Part shown: piece after piece, positions 20,301 to 29,998 of the stretch | Layout of the letters: every line of letters begins with the position of its first letter | Position numbering within the stretch: position 1 is the stretch's first letter | Source of the DNA: Candidatus Poribacteria bacterium | GTDB taxonomy: Bacteria > Poribacteria > WGA-4E > WGA-3G | Length of the DNA stretch: 64,000 bases | Assembly: GCA_965242965.1 (NCBI GenBank) | Contig: OZ251518.1 | Location: 1,440,001 to 1,504,000, forward strand | Reading direction: 5' to 3' | Program-made: the position numbers and the translations under genes | The notes under the pieces: model-generated | Seen by the model: the letters and a program-made list of their open reading frames with translations, nothing else | Database searches by the model: none | Told to the model about the DNA's origin: nothing

Positions 20301-20398
20301 CTCCCGCAATAGAGGGAGTTGAAATCAATGAACTCGCCGCGTGGACTTCGGTGGCGCGCGTTGTCTTGAATTTGCATGAGACGATTACGCGGTATTAG
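17348..20398 (+). CDS. Planctomycete cytochrome c / DUF1549 / DUF1553 (PSD1) protein
   Basis: F.RDIRPILSDKCYACHGPD, NPIDRFI, TLIRRL.FDLTGL, YGERMA..WLDLVRYADT.G, CAQCHDHKFDP, NPLTAR.FVNRLW, HPELLDWLA, NTP.QAL.LLND, LNLHE.ITR. Confidence 0.95.
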   Translation: MKTRHLRLTSLIAFALLLTMALQIPAAERLHFDRDIRPILSDKCYACHGPDPAQRQAELRLDTKEGAFSAPSGYPIIVPGEPENSELVARITHADVGQRMPPQSSNRQPTQEQIDTLVQWIAEGAEWEEHWVYDLPEHVELPTVQNSAWSRNPIDRFILARLEAEGLKPAVEADKRTLIRRLNFDLTGLLPQPAEIDQFVRDERPGTYDALVNRLLSKPQYGERMAMYWLDLVRYADTSGYHADESVNVWPYRDYVIRAFNENMPFDRFTLENLAGDLLPNATREQKVASGYNRLNQTTSEGGAQAKEYLAIYAADRVRTTASVWLGATLGCAQCHDHKFDPYTAKDFYSFAAFFADVEGPGVYGGGSKWAPVVMLPTAAQQTALQEIDDELAKLRKVFEASSPALEAEQARWEAEILSLLPSTEPADFAWVDDAQDNGGRTDGAWEFVGKHEAPVFSKLRSRRQTAKPEQTIQHSFRGVNRKFTLDEEDRLFAYVWLDPGAPPETLMLQWNDGNWEHRAFWGADKITFGGIGKDTPAHKPMGPLPAVGEWVRLEVAPADVGLEPGSVLNGMAFVQHGGTAYWDVAGIATTRGSAVKHTHTEPVIEAIQVDAFVRTTSQKKQIADEYRRIAPALDGIRNQIAALAQQKAAIEAEIPYSLTTVSAQPRTTRVLPRGNWMDDSGEIVEPAIPEFLGDMKIKNRRPTRLELAQWVVSKDNPLTARAFVNRLWALFFGTGLSRVLDDLGAQGEPPVHPELLDWLALEFMDSGWNVKHIVKLIVTSNTYRQSSKPTEVLRERDAYNRLLARQSRWRLDAEVVRDTALQLSGLLVPEIGGPSVRPYQPKGYYSNLNFPKRTYVHDSGESQYRRGLYTHWQRTFLHPSLMAFDAPSRQECTAERPTSNTPMQALTLLNDPTYVEAARVFATRIINEGGETPTERINWAYQWALSRLPQPEELEIMNALYEKHRGEFTAELDAAETLVTTGDAPAIEGVEINELAAWTSVARVVLNLHETITRY

Positions 20399-20451
20399 AG
20401 ATGAATCGGTAGGCGCGGTTTGCAACCGCGCTTCCACAGGAGGGATTACAG

Positions 20452-21885
20452 ATGGCTACAGATACTCATCAAGAAACCAATCTTCGCCTCACGAGGCGCA
20501 CGTTTTTAGGAAAAGCCGTGCGGAGTGTCGGTTCACTCGCGCTGGGCTCCCTGCTGATGCCATCGCTACTCAACGCCGCGCCGAAGATTGAACGATGGCC
20601 CGGCATCATCACGGAACCGCATGTGCAGCCGACAGCAAAACGGGTAATTCACCTCTGCATGGCAGGTGGCCCCTCGCATCTGGAGACGTTGGACTACAAA
20701 CCCAAACTCGCCGAGATGCACGGCAAACCGATGCCGGAGTCGTTCACCAAAGGGCAGCCTATTGCGCAGCTCCAGAATCAGGAGCTCAAATGCCTCGGGC
20801 CGACGCACGAATTCCAAAAGTATGGGAAATCGGGACAGGAGATAAGTTCGGCGTTTCCGCACATCGGAAGCCTTGCCGATGACATTTGCATTGTCCGTTC
20901 CCTGCAAACCGAGCAGATTAATCACGACCCGGCGCATACCTTCATGAATACAGGAACGGTGATTTCCGGAAGACCGAGTATGGGCTCGTGGCTGCTCTAC
21001 GGACTCGGCAGTGAAAACGATAACCTGCCAGGCTACGTCGTGCTCATCTCTTCCGGTGGTGGGCAAGACCAGCCGATTGCGACGCGGCAGTGGCACAGCG
21101 GGTTTTTGCCGGGGCAATTCCAAGGCGTGCAGTTCCATTCAACGGGAGATCCTGTCCACTACGTCGCCAATCCTAGCGGCGTGAACACGGAACAGCAGCG
21201 CGACGTTGTCGATGCCGTGCAGACGCTGAACAGCATGCTTGACGAGACAGTCGATGACCCGGGCATTGCGACGCGCATCAGCCAATATGAGATGGCGTTC
21301 CGAATGCAGACGAGTGTGCCGGAGCTCACTGATATTTCCCAAGAGCCGCAGCATGTCTTGGATATGTATGGCGCGGTGCCAGGCGACGGGTCTTACGCTT
21401 CAAACTGCCTCCTTGCACGGCGGCTCGCTGAGCGCGACGTGCGGTTTATTCAACTCTACCACCGTGGGTGGGACCATCACGGGGGTATCCAAAACGCGAT
21501 TAAAACAACAGCCGGCTATGTGGATAAGGCGACAGCGGCTCTCGTTATGGACTTGAAACAGCGCGGTATGTTGGACGAAACCTTAGTGATATGGGGCGGT
21601 GAATTCGGACGGACCCCGATGGCACAGGGCACCGGGCGCGACCATCACATCCGCGGGTTCTCAATGTGGATGGCAGGCGGCGGTGTCCGGGGCGGCATCA
21701 GTTATGGGAACACCGATGACTTGGGGTATTACGCCGTTGAGAACATCGTGCATGTCCACGATTTCCATGCGACAATGCTACATCTCCTCGGGATCGACCA
21801 CGAGAAACTCACCTACCGCTTCCAGGGGCGGGATTTTCGTTTGACGGACGTGCATGGGCACGTCGTGCGGGATATTTTGGCTTAG
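20452..21885 (+). CDS. DUF1501 domain protein (Tat-exported, sulfatase-like), partner of the PSD1 gene
   Basis: TRRTFL Tat motif, AKRVI.L.M.GGPSH.ET.DYKP, CLLARRL.E..VRF.QL, WDHH, WGGEFGRTP, GRDFRLTDVHG. Confidence 0.95.
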   Translation: MATDTHQETNLRLTRRTFLGKAVRSVGSLALGSLLMPSLLNAAPKIERWPGIITEPHVQPTAKRVIHLCMAGGPSHLETLDYKPKLAEMHGKPMPESFTKGQPIAQLQNQELKCLGPTHEFQKYGKSGQEISSAFPHIGSLADDICIVRSLQTEQINHDPAHTFMNTGTVISGRPSMGSWLLYGLGSENDNLPGYVVLISSGGGQDQPIATRQWHSGFLPGQFQGVQFHSTGDPVHYVANPSGVNTEQQRDVVDAVQTLNSMLDETVDDPGIATRISQYEMAFRMQTSVPELTDISQEPQHVLDMYGAVPGDGSYASNCLLARRLAERDVRFIQLYHRGWDHHGGIQNAIKTTAGYVDKATAALVMDLKQRGMLDETLVIWGGEFGRTPMAQGTGRDHHIRGFSMWMAGGGVRGGISYGNTDDLGYYAVENIVHVHDFHATMLHLLGIDHEKLTYRFQGRDFRLTDVHGHVVRDILA

Positions 21886-21892
21886 CGTGTTC

Positions 21893-22424
21893 GGTAGGAG
21901 AGACCTCGGGGCTCGATTTTCCGGTAAGAGAGACCTCCCGGTCTCGATGCAATAGGGCGGCGCGCCTACCGGGGCCGCGGCGGGAGAAAGCTCCCGTAAA
22001 AAAACGTTTTTTAGGTCCGTAGGACCTAAGAGACGTTTTTTCATCGTAGCGGGCACGATGGCGAGGGACAGGCCCTCGCCCTACGGTAAAAGGGAGCTTT
22101 TCTCGGCCCGTAGCGCGGGGGCCTGTCCCCCGCGAGCTCCATCGTCCCGATGTGTGTTTCCCCATCTGTAGTTTGTGATCGCCTGATCACAAACGGGTCA
22201 GGATCAGGCGATCCTGACCTACAGGGCCTGGCGCACGGACGATGGCGAGGGACAGGCCCTCGCCCTATGGTGAAAGGGAGTTTTCTCCGCCCGTAGCGCG
22301 GGGGTCTGTCCCCCGCGAGCGTGGGATTACGCGGACAATATTGAGATCGGTAGGGAGCTCATACTGCATCGAGACCAGGAGGTCTCTCCTACGGGGAAAT
22401 TGAGACCAGGAGGTCTCTCCTACC
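21893..22424. repeat. Mosaic REP-like palindrome cluster between convergent genes
   Basis: B units at both ends facing inward; A/A' and D doublets inside. Confidence 0.88.
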
Positions 22425-22454
22425 GGAAGACATTGATATAAGGAGGACTCTCTC

Positions 22455-23540
22455 CTAAACCCGAAAATCCGGCACCGCCACCGGCATCCCCCCGTTCGCA
22501 ATAGATTCCTCCGAAACTAACCCCGGCACCGTGAAATCCATCGCCGTGTAGACATCTATCGGTGGCACGGAGTCGTTGAGGATGCTGTCCACGAAGTCGC
22601 GCACCTTGAAATACTCGCCTAAATCGCCAGCATGTTCCGCTTCGGCAGGCGGGTTTCTCCACCGTTCCGGCAAGAAATCCGCCTCAAATTCTGAAACTGG
22701 TCTCCACGTTTCAGCAGCCCCCATCTCCGATAACCAGACCTTGGCTTCTGCGCCAAACCCACGCGAACTCTCATAACACCCTTTCGTCCCCTGCAGACTA
22801 AAATAGGAATTCGCCGGACGATTGGAGAGCATGTCAATCCGAATCTTAATCAACCCGCCGCTCTCCGTTTTGCAAAGCATCATCACCGTATCCTCCATCG
22901 CATGCTCGGGGTCTGTGTGAACGCCAGTCCCTAGACAACAGACGCTGATGACGCGCTCATCAAACCACTGTAGCACCGGACCGAGGCTGTGCGTCGCATA
23001 ATTGCACCGATTAATGCCGACTTGCCAGTAGTAACGCCACGTCGGATTGCCGGTCGCGTCGTGATGGAGCGATTTGATGTTGTGGACGTATTCCCCTTCG
23101 CCAAAGTAGACATCGCCGAATAACCCTTGCGCCACCATATTTCGGATGAGCACATTGGCACGGGAATAGCAGGTGTTTTCCGCCATTGTGTATTTGGCGG
23201 AGGCGTTTCGGACAGCGTTCACCAATTGATAGCATTCGTCTAACTTGACAGCCGCGGTCACCTCGCTGATGACATGTTTGCCGGCTTCAAGTGCTTCAAT
23301 TGCCTGCGGCACGTGCAAGTTTTCGGGTGTCGCGAGGACAACCATATCTACCGCGTCCAGCATCTCCGAATAATCCGTGAACCGCCGCCGAATGCCGAAC
23401 CGTTCCGCGATGCTGTGAAGCGTGGCTTCGTTGATGTCGCACACCGCTGTAACCTCGGTTTCGGCTATCGCCGTGAAAGGTTGCACATAAGCACTTCCCC
23501 GGTGCGCGCCGACAATTCCGACTTTCAGTTGATCCGCCAT
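22455..23540 (-). CDS. Gfo/Idh/MocA family oxidoreductase
   Basis: LKVGIVG..RG, AVCD, V.LATP..LH.PQ...AL.AGKHV.SEV, MAENTCY, EGEYVH, Y.THSLGP; ATG 23540 after GGAGGAG. Confidence 0.92.
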   Translation of the reverse strand: MADQLKVGIVGAHRGSAYVQPFTAIAETEVTAVCDINEATLHSIAERFGIRRRFTDYSEMLDAVDMVVLATPENLHVPQAIEALEAGKHVISEVTAAVKLDECYQLVNAVRNASAKYTMAENTCYSRANVLIRNMVAQGLFGDVYFGEGEYVHNIKSLHHDATGNPTWRYYWQVGINRCNYATHSLGPVLQWFDERVISVCCLGTGVHTDPEHAMEDTVMMLCKTESGGLIKIRIDMLSNRPANSYFSLQGTKGCYESSRGFGAEAKVWLSEMGAAETWRPVSEFEADFLPERWRNPPAEAEHAGDLGEYFKVRDFVDSILNDSVPPIDVYTAMDFTVPGLVSEESIANGGMPVAVPDFRV

Positions 23541-23759
23541 GTCTGTCTCCTCCCCATGAGTGAAAGAGAGTATAGCAGCGTGTCGGGAATTTATCCACTG
23601 ATTTCCTCTTCCTCGTGGAAAAATCATTTTTTTTTGAATTTTTATGGTACCTTTTGCAGGCAATCAACGTCTATGTGTTTAAAAGCAGGCATATTATCCG
23701 GGACAACGCGGGACTTAGTAGGGGCATCCCCGTTTCCTCTGTTTTCAAAGGAGCAAATC

Positions 23760-23890
23760 ATGAAATATCTCACGTTCATTTGCGCGCTCACGGTGCTCAT
23801 TGCAACCATAGCACCGGCGAAAATCGTTTTTCAATCCCATCGGGATGGTAACGGCGAAATCTATGTGATGGAAGATAATGGCAGCAATAC
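23760..23890 (+). pseudogene. Truncated TolB/PD40 beta-propeller protein (N-terminal remnant)
   Basis: AAGGAG SD, signal peptide, then KIVFQSHRDGNGEIYVMEDNGSN (PD40 repeat start); similarity stops after ~43 codons. Confidence 0.7.
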
Positions 23891-23974
23891 TGGGCCCCGG
23901 GGGCTCTCGCTGTTTCTCCGGCAGACAAATTGGGCACGCAGTGGGGGAAGGTCAAATAAGGAGCTCGGAAAGCG

Positions 23975-24754
23975 ATGACAACCCGTAACGCCATAATTGG
24001 CGCGATTCTCCTGACGCTTGTACTAGTGGGCGGAATCTCCTTTTATGCCCACTGGGAACTGAAGCGATTCACGGCATCCCTTCCGATGCCACCGGCAGCG
24101 GTACCGACGCAGGAACATACCGGTACCGAAAAACAGCTGCCAAAAACCGGTGATGTGTCTGTTGACAGCCACTCCGAAACCGAGGCTGTCGTCGATGACA
24201 CAGTTGAACAATTAGCCGATGTCCCTGCTGCGTCGCAGGCGGAGACAGACATCGGTGAAACCGAGAGTGTTCCCTGGCTTGAGGGAACGCCAGCGGAGAT
24301 GCCAATTGAAGCGGGGCGCATTTCGCCGTTTGGGTTTGGGTCTTATCCGGACGTGCCACCAGATTTCCCACTCATCGTCTCTTGGAACCGGCCTGAAGAA
24401 GTGATGGCCAGGTTTAGTGAAGATATCCGAATGAAATTTGAACTCATGGATCGCGTTTTCATTAAACTCTGGAACCAAGGACACACTGCCCTTAGTGGTG
24501 GGACTTTTGAAAACGGATTAGTTTTACCGCTCTATCCAAACACTGCCTATGTCCGCTATGAAGAGGACTGGCAGGAGGAAGAATACGGCGACAGTTATAC
24601 TGTTAACACCCGAATCCTTGCTGACTCTAGCGTTTCGGAGCAGGAAAAGGCACGAATCCGCAAGGGCGAAAAACCTCAAAGGCTCCGCATTCTCGATTTT
24701 GATTTAGATGGGATTAATCCCTATACATTCCTAGAACTACCTGAGTTCAAATGA
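23975..24754 (+). CDS. Membrane-anchored hypothetical protein, family I (YPNTxYVR / GIxPYxFL)
   Basis: N-terminal TM helix, acidic/Pro linker, SPFGFG.YP.VP, KLWNQG, PLYPNTAYVR, GINPYTFL shared with 26198 and 33256. Confidence 0.8.
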   Translation: MTTRNAIIGAILLTLVLVGGISFYAHWELKRFTASLPMPPAAVPTQEHTGTEKQLPKTGDVSVDSHSETEAVVDDTVEQLADVPAASQAETDIGETESVPWLEGTPAEMPIEAGRISPFGFGSYPDVPPDFPLIVSWNRPEEVMARFSEDIRMKFELMDRVFIKLWNQGHTALSGGTFENGLVLPLYPNTAYVRYEEDWQEEEYGDSYTVNTRILADSSVSEQEKARIRKGEKPQRLRILDFDLDGINPYTFLELPEFK

Positions 24755-24805
24755 GGACTGACAGGGGTTTACTACCCTGCACTCTTCTGAACGGAGGATA
24801 GAACC

Positions 24806-26158
24806 ATGTTGAAAAAGAGAATCGTCACAGTGGCGGTGTTGTGCCTTGTGATGCTCGGCGGCGCGATGTTCTTCCTGCACAACCGGCATCAACCCGGCCA
24901 GAATGAATTCCAGAAACACCTCGATAAACTGCGTTCTCTCTCGGGAAAACTGACACCCGAAGAAAAACAGGTTTATTTCGATACCACGTTGGCCATCATT
25001 GAACTTGAGAAACAGCACCCCCTTTCTCAAGAACAACTTGCCCTGATGGCAGGGCCCCTTCGGGACTTACAGCGTGAAAACCCGGACCTTGTCACGGACT
25101 ATCCGTATGAGGTGCCGCATTCACATCCGACAGATCAGTCGCATCCAACTCAAGAAGAGGTGCAGGCCGAACTTGACAAACTCAATGCTGCTATTGAGGA
25201 AGTTGAGGCATCGGAACTATCACGCGGTGCCAAAGACGCAATGCTCGCTGTCCTGGAACATCGCCGCTATTTCCTGCTGCACCATGAGCGCGACGCAGCG
25301 CGGTTGCAAAGGATGGCAGAGGAACTCATGAAGACGGATCCCGACATGATCGGCTTAGAGCAAGACCTGCTTACCGGTGAGTATACCAAAGTCTATCCGC
25401 ATATGCTGACAGTCTATAGAAAGCGGATCCATCATGCTGATGGCACCGTAGTGGATAGGTGGGTTGGGACATCGTCACATGCCAGCAATCCGGAGATTGG
25501 CGCGGCGATACAGGCCTATCTGGAGGCGTTGGATAGCAAACCGGCTTGGGCACCGCCCCCGGCACCTCCCGCTTACGAGGAATTGCGGTTTTCTGTCGAA
25601 TACGAGGATGTTTATCTCAACGCGGCTGGCGAGAAAATACCCGACGGACAGCTTCAATTACCCGAGCAGTCGGAGGACGCGTCAGAGGCAGATCCCATTG
25701 AAGAGCTTCCGGTATCCCCGGCACCACGAGTGCCTGAAGCGGAGAGCGCATCGTTGCCGGATGCCTTAGAAGAATTAAAGGATTTAGACGATGCCGAAGC
25801 GTTAGAAATGCACAAACTCTTTGAGCAAGTCATGGGTATCCCTCTGGAGCGGTTCTTAGAAATGAGCGATGCAGAAATTGAGGCGGCATTGCGTAACCAA
25901 TTTTCGCCAGACCGCGAAGCAGCCGAGGCTGAACTTGAAAAACAGATTACCTCCCCGGGGACTCACCAACCCGGTGTGTCTTCTGAAGAAGGCTTCAGGG
26001 TCTCCCTTCGCGAACGCTTTTCACCAGAGCGGTTCAACCGTGCGATGCAGACATTGAATCGCTATGGGACTGAAGAAGGCATCCGTCGTCTACAAGCGTC
26101 AGACCCGGAAGTTGCTGAACATGTCACGCGGTTCCTGCGGAGACAACAAGAAGATTGA
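24806..26158 (+). CDS. Membrane-anchored hypothetical protein, family III (C-terminal RYG.EEG.R.L.ASDP)
   Basis: GGAGG SD, N-terminal TM; C-terminal PERF..A...L.RYG.EEG.R.L.ASDP shared with 39460. Confidence 0.8.
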   Translation: MLKKRIVTVAVLCLVMLGGAMFFLHNRHQPGQNEFQKHLDKLRSLSGKLTPEEKQVYFDTTLAIIELEKQHPLSQEQLALMAGPLRDLQRENPDLVTDYPYEVPHSHPTDQSHPTQEEVQAELDKLNAAIEEVEASELSRGAKDAMLAVLEHRRYFLLHHERDAARLQRMAEELMKTDPDMIGLEQDLLTGEYTKVYPHMLTVYRKRIHHADGTVVDRWVGTSSHASNPEIGAAIQAYLEALDSKPAWAPPPAPPAYEELRFSVEYEDVYLNAAGEKIPDGQLQLPEQSEDASEADPIEELPVSPAPRVPEAESASLPDALEELKDLDDAEALEMHKLFEQVMGIPLERFLEMSDAEIEAALRNQFSPDREAAEAELEKQITSPGTHQPGVSSEEGFRVSLRERFSPERFNRAMQTLNRYGTEEGIRRLQASDPEVAEHVTRFLRRQQED

Positions 26159-26197
26159 AGTCTGAAAGATACACACTTCCTAAAGGAGGTCTACGTT

Positions 26198-26947
26198 ATG
26201 TTACGCAGAAACCGATTTATACGCTATAGCATCGGCGTAGCGATTCTACTCGTAGGAGCGGTTGTGCTCTTCAGCCATTATCGGAACGCGCGTGTCCAAG
26301 AACCTATAAGAATCTATAAAGTCACTCGACCCGCGCCGCGTGTGCAGGCAGCGAAACGCGCGCCTAGCGAAGCGAGTCAACCTGATGTGACAGTTCACGC
26401 TGATGCCGAACCCGCGGACGCGCCAAACCTCAAAGCACCGCCACATCCAGAAACGGAAATGGATGTGGCAGACGGTGATGTCGGCACAGAACCGGCGATG
26501 CCCGTTGCAGTGCTTTCAGAGACACCGGCAGCGGCGGCGGTGCCAAATTTCAAGACAACTCCCGCTGGTTTTCCGCTGCCGATCTATTGGGATCAACCGG
26601 AACATAAGCAACAGTATTACCATTACGAACATAAGTTGATCGCTCATGTCCTCGTGAAACTTTGGCATCAGGGGGTGCGTGATTTTACGGGCGGTTCCAT
26701 CGGTGATGACGGTAAAGTTTATCCGCACTATAGAAATACCCTCTATGTGAGATGGAAAGAGGTTCGTCATCCGGATGGCACGCTGCGCCAGACGATTCAG
26801 AGTTGTTTTGGAGACAATGTTGGTTTCGTGCAAAAAACCCTTTTCGACCTGCCGCCTCCGGATGTGCGGCTAATCGATTTAAATTCACCTGAAGGACAAG
26901 GGATCGACCCTTATGCCTTCTTAACTTCCAAGGAGTTACCAAAATGA
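26198..26947 (+). CDS. Membrane-anchored hypothetical protein, family I
   Basis: AAGGAGG SD, TM, Pro/Ala linker, KLWHQG, VYPHYRNTLYVRW, GIDPYAFL. Confidence 0.8.
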   Translation: MLRRNRFIRYSIGVAILLVGAVVLFSHYRNARVQEPIRIYKVTRPAPRVQAAKRAPSEASQPDVTVHADAEPADAPNLKAPPHPETEMDVADGDVGTEPAMPVAVLSETPAAAAVPNFKTTPAGFPLPIYWDQPEHKQQYYHYEHKLIAHVLVKLWHQGVRDFTGGSIGDDGKVYPHYRNTLYVRWKEVRHPDGTLRQTIQSCFGDNVGFVQKTLFDLPPPDVRLIDLNSPEGQGIDPYAFLTSKELPK

Positions 26948-27009
26948 AAATCTGTCCGTTATCGTCCTTCCGATAGACAGATTTCCCGTTTGCGTCCCGA
27001 GCCCTATTT

Positions 27010-27560
27010 CCGGTCTCGATGCTGTAGGAGAGCCCTCCTGGTCTCGATTTTTTGTCGGCGCGCCGTCCCGGTCTCAATTTTCCCGTAGCGCGGGGGCCTG
27101 TCCCCCGCGATCGTTGAATTGCGCGTGCATGAACGATGGCGAGGGACAGGCCCTCGCCCTACGATGAAAGGAAGACGTTTTTATCGTAGCGCGGGGGCCC
27201 TCGGATGCCATACGCGCATCCGAGCGGGTTTCCCCCGCGAGCTCCATCGTCACGATGTATGTTTCCCCCTCTGTAGTTTGTGATCGCCTGATCACAAACG
27301 GGTCAGGATCAGGCGATCCTGACCTACAGAGCCTGGCGAGCGAGGGATGGCGAGGGACAGGCCCTCGCCCTACGGTGAAACGGAGGCGGCCTTGACAACC
27401 GTAGCGCGGGGGCCTGTCCCCCGCGAACGTTCATGTACTCCAGGCATGGCGAGGGACAGGCCCTCGCCCTACGGTGAAACGGAGGCTTTTCTCCTACCGT
27501 AGCGCGGGGGCCTGTCCCCCGCGAGCGTTCGATCGCGCGAGCCATTTATGAAACCCCCTC
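27010..27560. repeat. Mosaic REP-like cluster ending in a right terminal motif that overlaps the downstream stop codon
   Basis: A/A' doublets, D doublet; ATTTATGAAACCCCCTC at 27544-27560. Confidence 0.88.
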
Positions 27561-28026
27561 ACTTTAGCGATTTAGGCGGAGGCCCTTCAATGATAAACAA
27601 CTGGTTTTTGCCAGGGAGAGGTGTCACCTTGACACCTCTCGCCTTCAGCCCTTGAAAGTAGTCAAGTTGTGCCAAGGTTTTTGAATGCGGGTTGAGAGAA
27701 TAAAACGCATAGAGATAGAGGATCTCTTCCTCAAGCGTCCGCATGTCCTTGGCTTCTACCCGATCCAAACAAGCTTGAAGGCGTGCTGGCGTTGTCGGGT
27801 GCGGCTCGATTGTCCAAAGCGCGCAGAGGTAAAGCATCTCCTCCTCAAGCGTCCGTGCATCCTTGGTTTCTAACTGTTTCAAGGTGAACGCCGCCTCTTG
27901 AGGCGTTAAAGGGAACGGATACCGGCTCCCGGGGTCTGACACCATGGGTGCGCATCCGGAGAAAGCCGTTTGGAAGAGGAGGCATCCTATTAGCAAAAAC
28001 GGCAGGAGTCCCCATATCTTGTTCAT
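27559..28026 (-). CDS. Putative lipoprotein with two internal helical repeats (family II-related)
   Basis: AAGGAGG SD; signal/lipobox (FSGC); KD.RTLEEE.LYL.A.....PH..T repeated twice. Confidence 0.72.
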   Translation of the reverse strand: MNKIWGLLPFLLIGCLLFQTAFSGCAPMVSDPGSRYPFPLTPQEAAFTLKQLETKDARTLEEEMLYLCALWTIEPHPTTPARLQACLDRVEAKDMRTLEEEILYLYAFYSLNPHSKTLAQLDYFQGLKARGVKVTPLPGKNQLFIIEGPPPKSLK

Positions 28027-28046
28027 GAAAAAATCCTCCTTTAAAA

Positions 28047-28910
28047 TTAGTCATCATCCCAGTTAATGTCGTAGAATGAGATGCCTTCTGCCCGTGCCTC
28101 GCGGTATTTTCCAAGACGGTGCAACCAAACCGCGTCTAATCTTCCGATCTGGTTCACCGCTTCAAGCCGGGCGTAGGATTCATAACGTGAGGCAGGCGGT
28201 GCTGTAGAGTTTTTGCCTGCGGAAGAATAGAGTGCTAGGTATGCATGAAAAAAAGCGTGGCATTCTTGATTTGTTCGGTGGATATCCAACTCCAACTTTC
28301 GGAGAAACTTAACAACGATGTGAACATCGGGAATGTCACCATGCATCTCAATGAGGGCGGCGCGCTTGTGTTTGATCCACACCTCGGGGGATTCTCTTCG
28401 GAGCCTATCCAGAAAAAGACGTTCTTTTTCCTCTTCCATCGGCTTCTTCAGTTTTTCAACCGTCCGCCGGTTGGCTTCACTCGGGAAAAGAAAATACAAT
28501 GCCTCAAAATAAGCGATTAAGCGCGTCGGGTCGGTTGTCCACCCCTTCTCCGGCTGCCGCTCATACTCGGCAATGCAGCGCACCTGCGGGATATCGCCGA
28601 ACCGTTGAAAGAGCGTGGCAGCGAAGTATTTGTGGTATAACGCCGGGTTTGTATGCAGATAGAAATTCCAGCGTTGCGGAACCTCTAGTTGCATGAGTTC
28701 CGCCACTTCCTCTTCTGTCAACCTTATCCACGCTTCGTCCGGCGGGTAAGTAAATTCTGTTGAGTTTGCGGGCATTACCGTGATAGCGGATGCTGCCGTG
28801 GGGGTTTCCATGTCTGCCGCCTCTTCCGAGCCTCCACAGCCGATGCAGAGCAACAGACTGAGGCAGATAGCGAGAGAAAAGAATGAGCGGCAAGTGAACT
28901 GATTTTTCAT
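28047..28910 (-). CDS. Putative lipoprotein, family II (two FGDIP-type repeats)
   Basis: Lipobox LCIGC; QRFGDIPQV...IAYFEAL.FLFPSEA and HGDIPDV repeats; ATG 28910 after GAGG. Confidence 0.78.
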   Translation of the reverse strand: MKNQFTCRSFFSLAICLSLLLCIGCGGSEEAADMETPTAASAITVMPANSTEFTYPPDEAWIRLTEEEVAELMQLEVPQRWNFYLHTNPALYHKYFAATLFQRFGDIPQVRCIAEYERQPEKGWTTDPTRLIAYFEALYFLFPSEANRRTVEKLKKPMEEEKERLFLDRLRRESPEVWIKHKRAALIEMHGDIPDVHIVVKFLRKLELDIHRTNQECHAFFHAYLALYSSAGKNSTAPPASRYESYARLEAVNQIGRLDAVWLHRLGKYREARAEGISFYDINWDDD

Positions 28911-28927
28911 CGTTTCTTCCTCTTTTT

Positions 28928-29587
28928 GAGAGTGTTTCATAAATCCGTTGGCACGCCATCCCGGTCTCGATGCGAGCGATGTCCCCCGGTAGGAGAGACC
29001 TCCTGGTCTCGATTTTTCCCGTAGCGCGAGCGATGGCGAGGGACAGGCCCTCGCCCTACGATGAGGGGGAGGCTTTTCTCCTACCGTAGCGCGGGGGCCT
29101 GTCCCCCGCGATCTCCCGCGGGGGCCTGTCCCCCGCGATCTCCCTCGTCACGAGGTGGCGTTTTAGGTCCTTTAGGTCCTATATGTCTATAGCAGCATGT
29201 GTCGTTACGTTGTCAAGGTCCTTTAGGTCTTAATAAAAAACACGCTGCGCGTCAAAGTCTATTAAGGACCTAAAGGACCTTAAATCTCTCCACGAGCGCA
29301 CGAGCTATAAACATTAAGGTCCTACGGACCTAAGAAACGTTTTTTCCCCGTAGCGCGGGGGCCTGTCCCCCGCGATCGTTGGAGTGCGCGTGCCTGAACG
29401 ATGGCGAGGGACAGGCCCTCGCCCTACGGTGAGGGTGGCGTTTTTTTCGTGCGCCTCCTCTGTAGTTTGTGATCGCCTGATCACAAACGGGTCAGGAGCA
29501 GGTGCTCCTGACCTACAGTCGGGGAGCGCAAGCTCAATAGCGCGGAGGCCTGTCCCCGCGACGTTGGGAGATTTAGGAAACACCCTC
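28928..29587. mobile_element. TIR-bounded REP cassette inserted in a 5' UTR
   Basis: Left GAGAGTGTTTCATAAAT (28928-28944), right ATTTAGGAAACACCCTC (29571-29587); lies between promoter 29604-29632 and start codon 28910. Confidence 0.72.
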
Positions 29588-29603
29588 GCTTTATTATGCA
29601 CCC

Positions 29604-29632
29604 AGTATATACGTTGTCACGTTTTGTGTCAA
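29604..29632 (-). promoter_or_regulatory. Sigma70-type promoter for the 28910/28026 lipoprotein genes
   Basis: Minus strand TTGACA-N17-TATACT. Confidence 0.7.
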
Positions 29633-29807
29633 ACGTTACACAAAAACTTCAAAATTTCTGACTTTTTTGAATTTCGGGGTGAGAACTCGGAGCATTTTAG
29701 CATGAAAAAGAAGAATTTTCCACGATGCAACCAGAGTATTCCAAGAAGATTCAGTTGTCCTATTTCTGTCGTTTGCGAACGTTCGCAAATGGGCCAAGAC
29801 TGCATGG

Positions 29808-29998
29808 CTGTAGTTTGTGATCGCCTGATCACAAACGGGTCAGGATCAGGCGATCCTGACCTACAGTTCGGGGAGCGCACGTTAGTTCTGTAGTTCGGGA
29901 TCGCCCGATCCCGAACGGATTATGATAAGCCACGCCTTACCTCATCGAGACCAGGAGGTCTCTCCTACCAACATTGAGACCAGGAGGTCTCTCCTACC
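29808..29998. repeat. REP-like cluster (D and B units)
   Basis: GTAGTTTGTGATCGCCTGATCACAAAC/GGTCAGGATCAGGCGATCCTGACCTAC doublet, GTAGTTCGGGATCGCCCGATCCCGAAC, two GAGACCAGGAGGTCTCTCCTAC. Confidence 0.85.

Noticed and set aside
23274-23759. N-terminal part of the 234-aa ORF 23274-23978
   Set aside because: Antisense to the Gfo/Idh/MocA gene; only the portion from ATG 23760 looks coding
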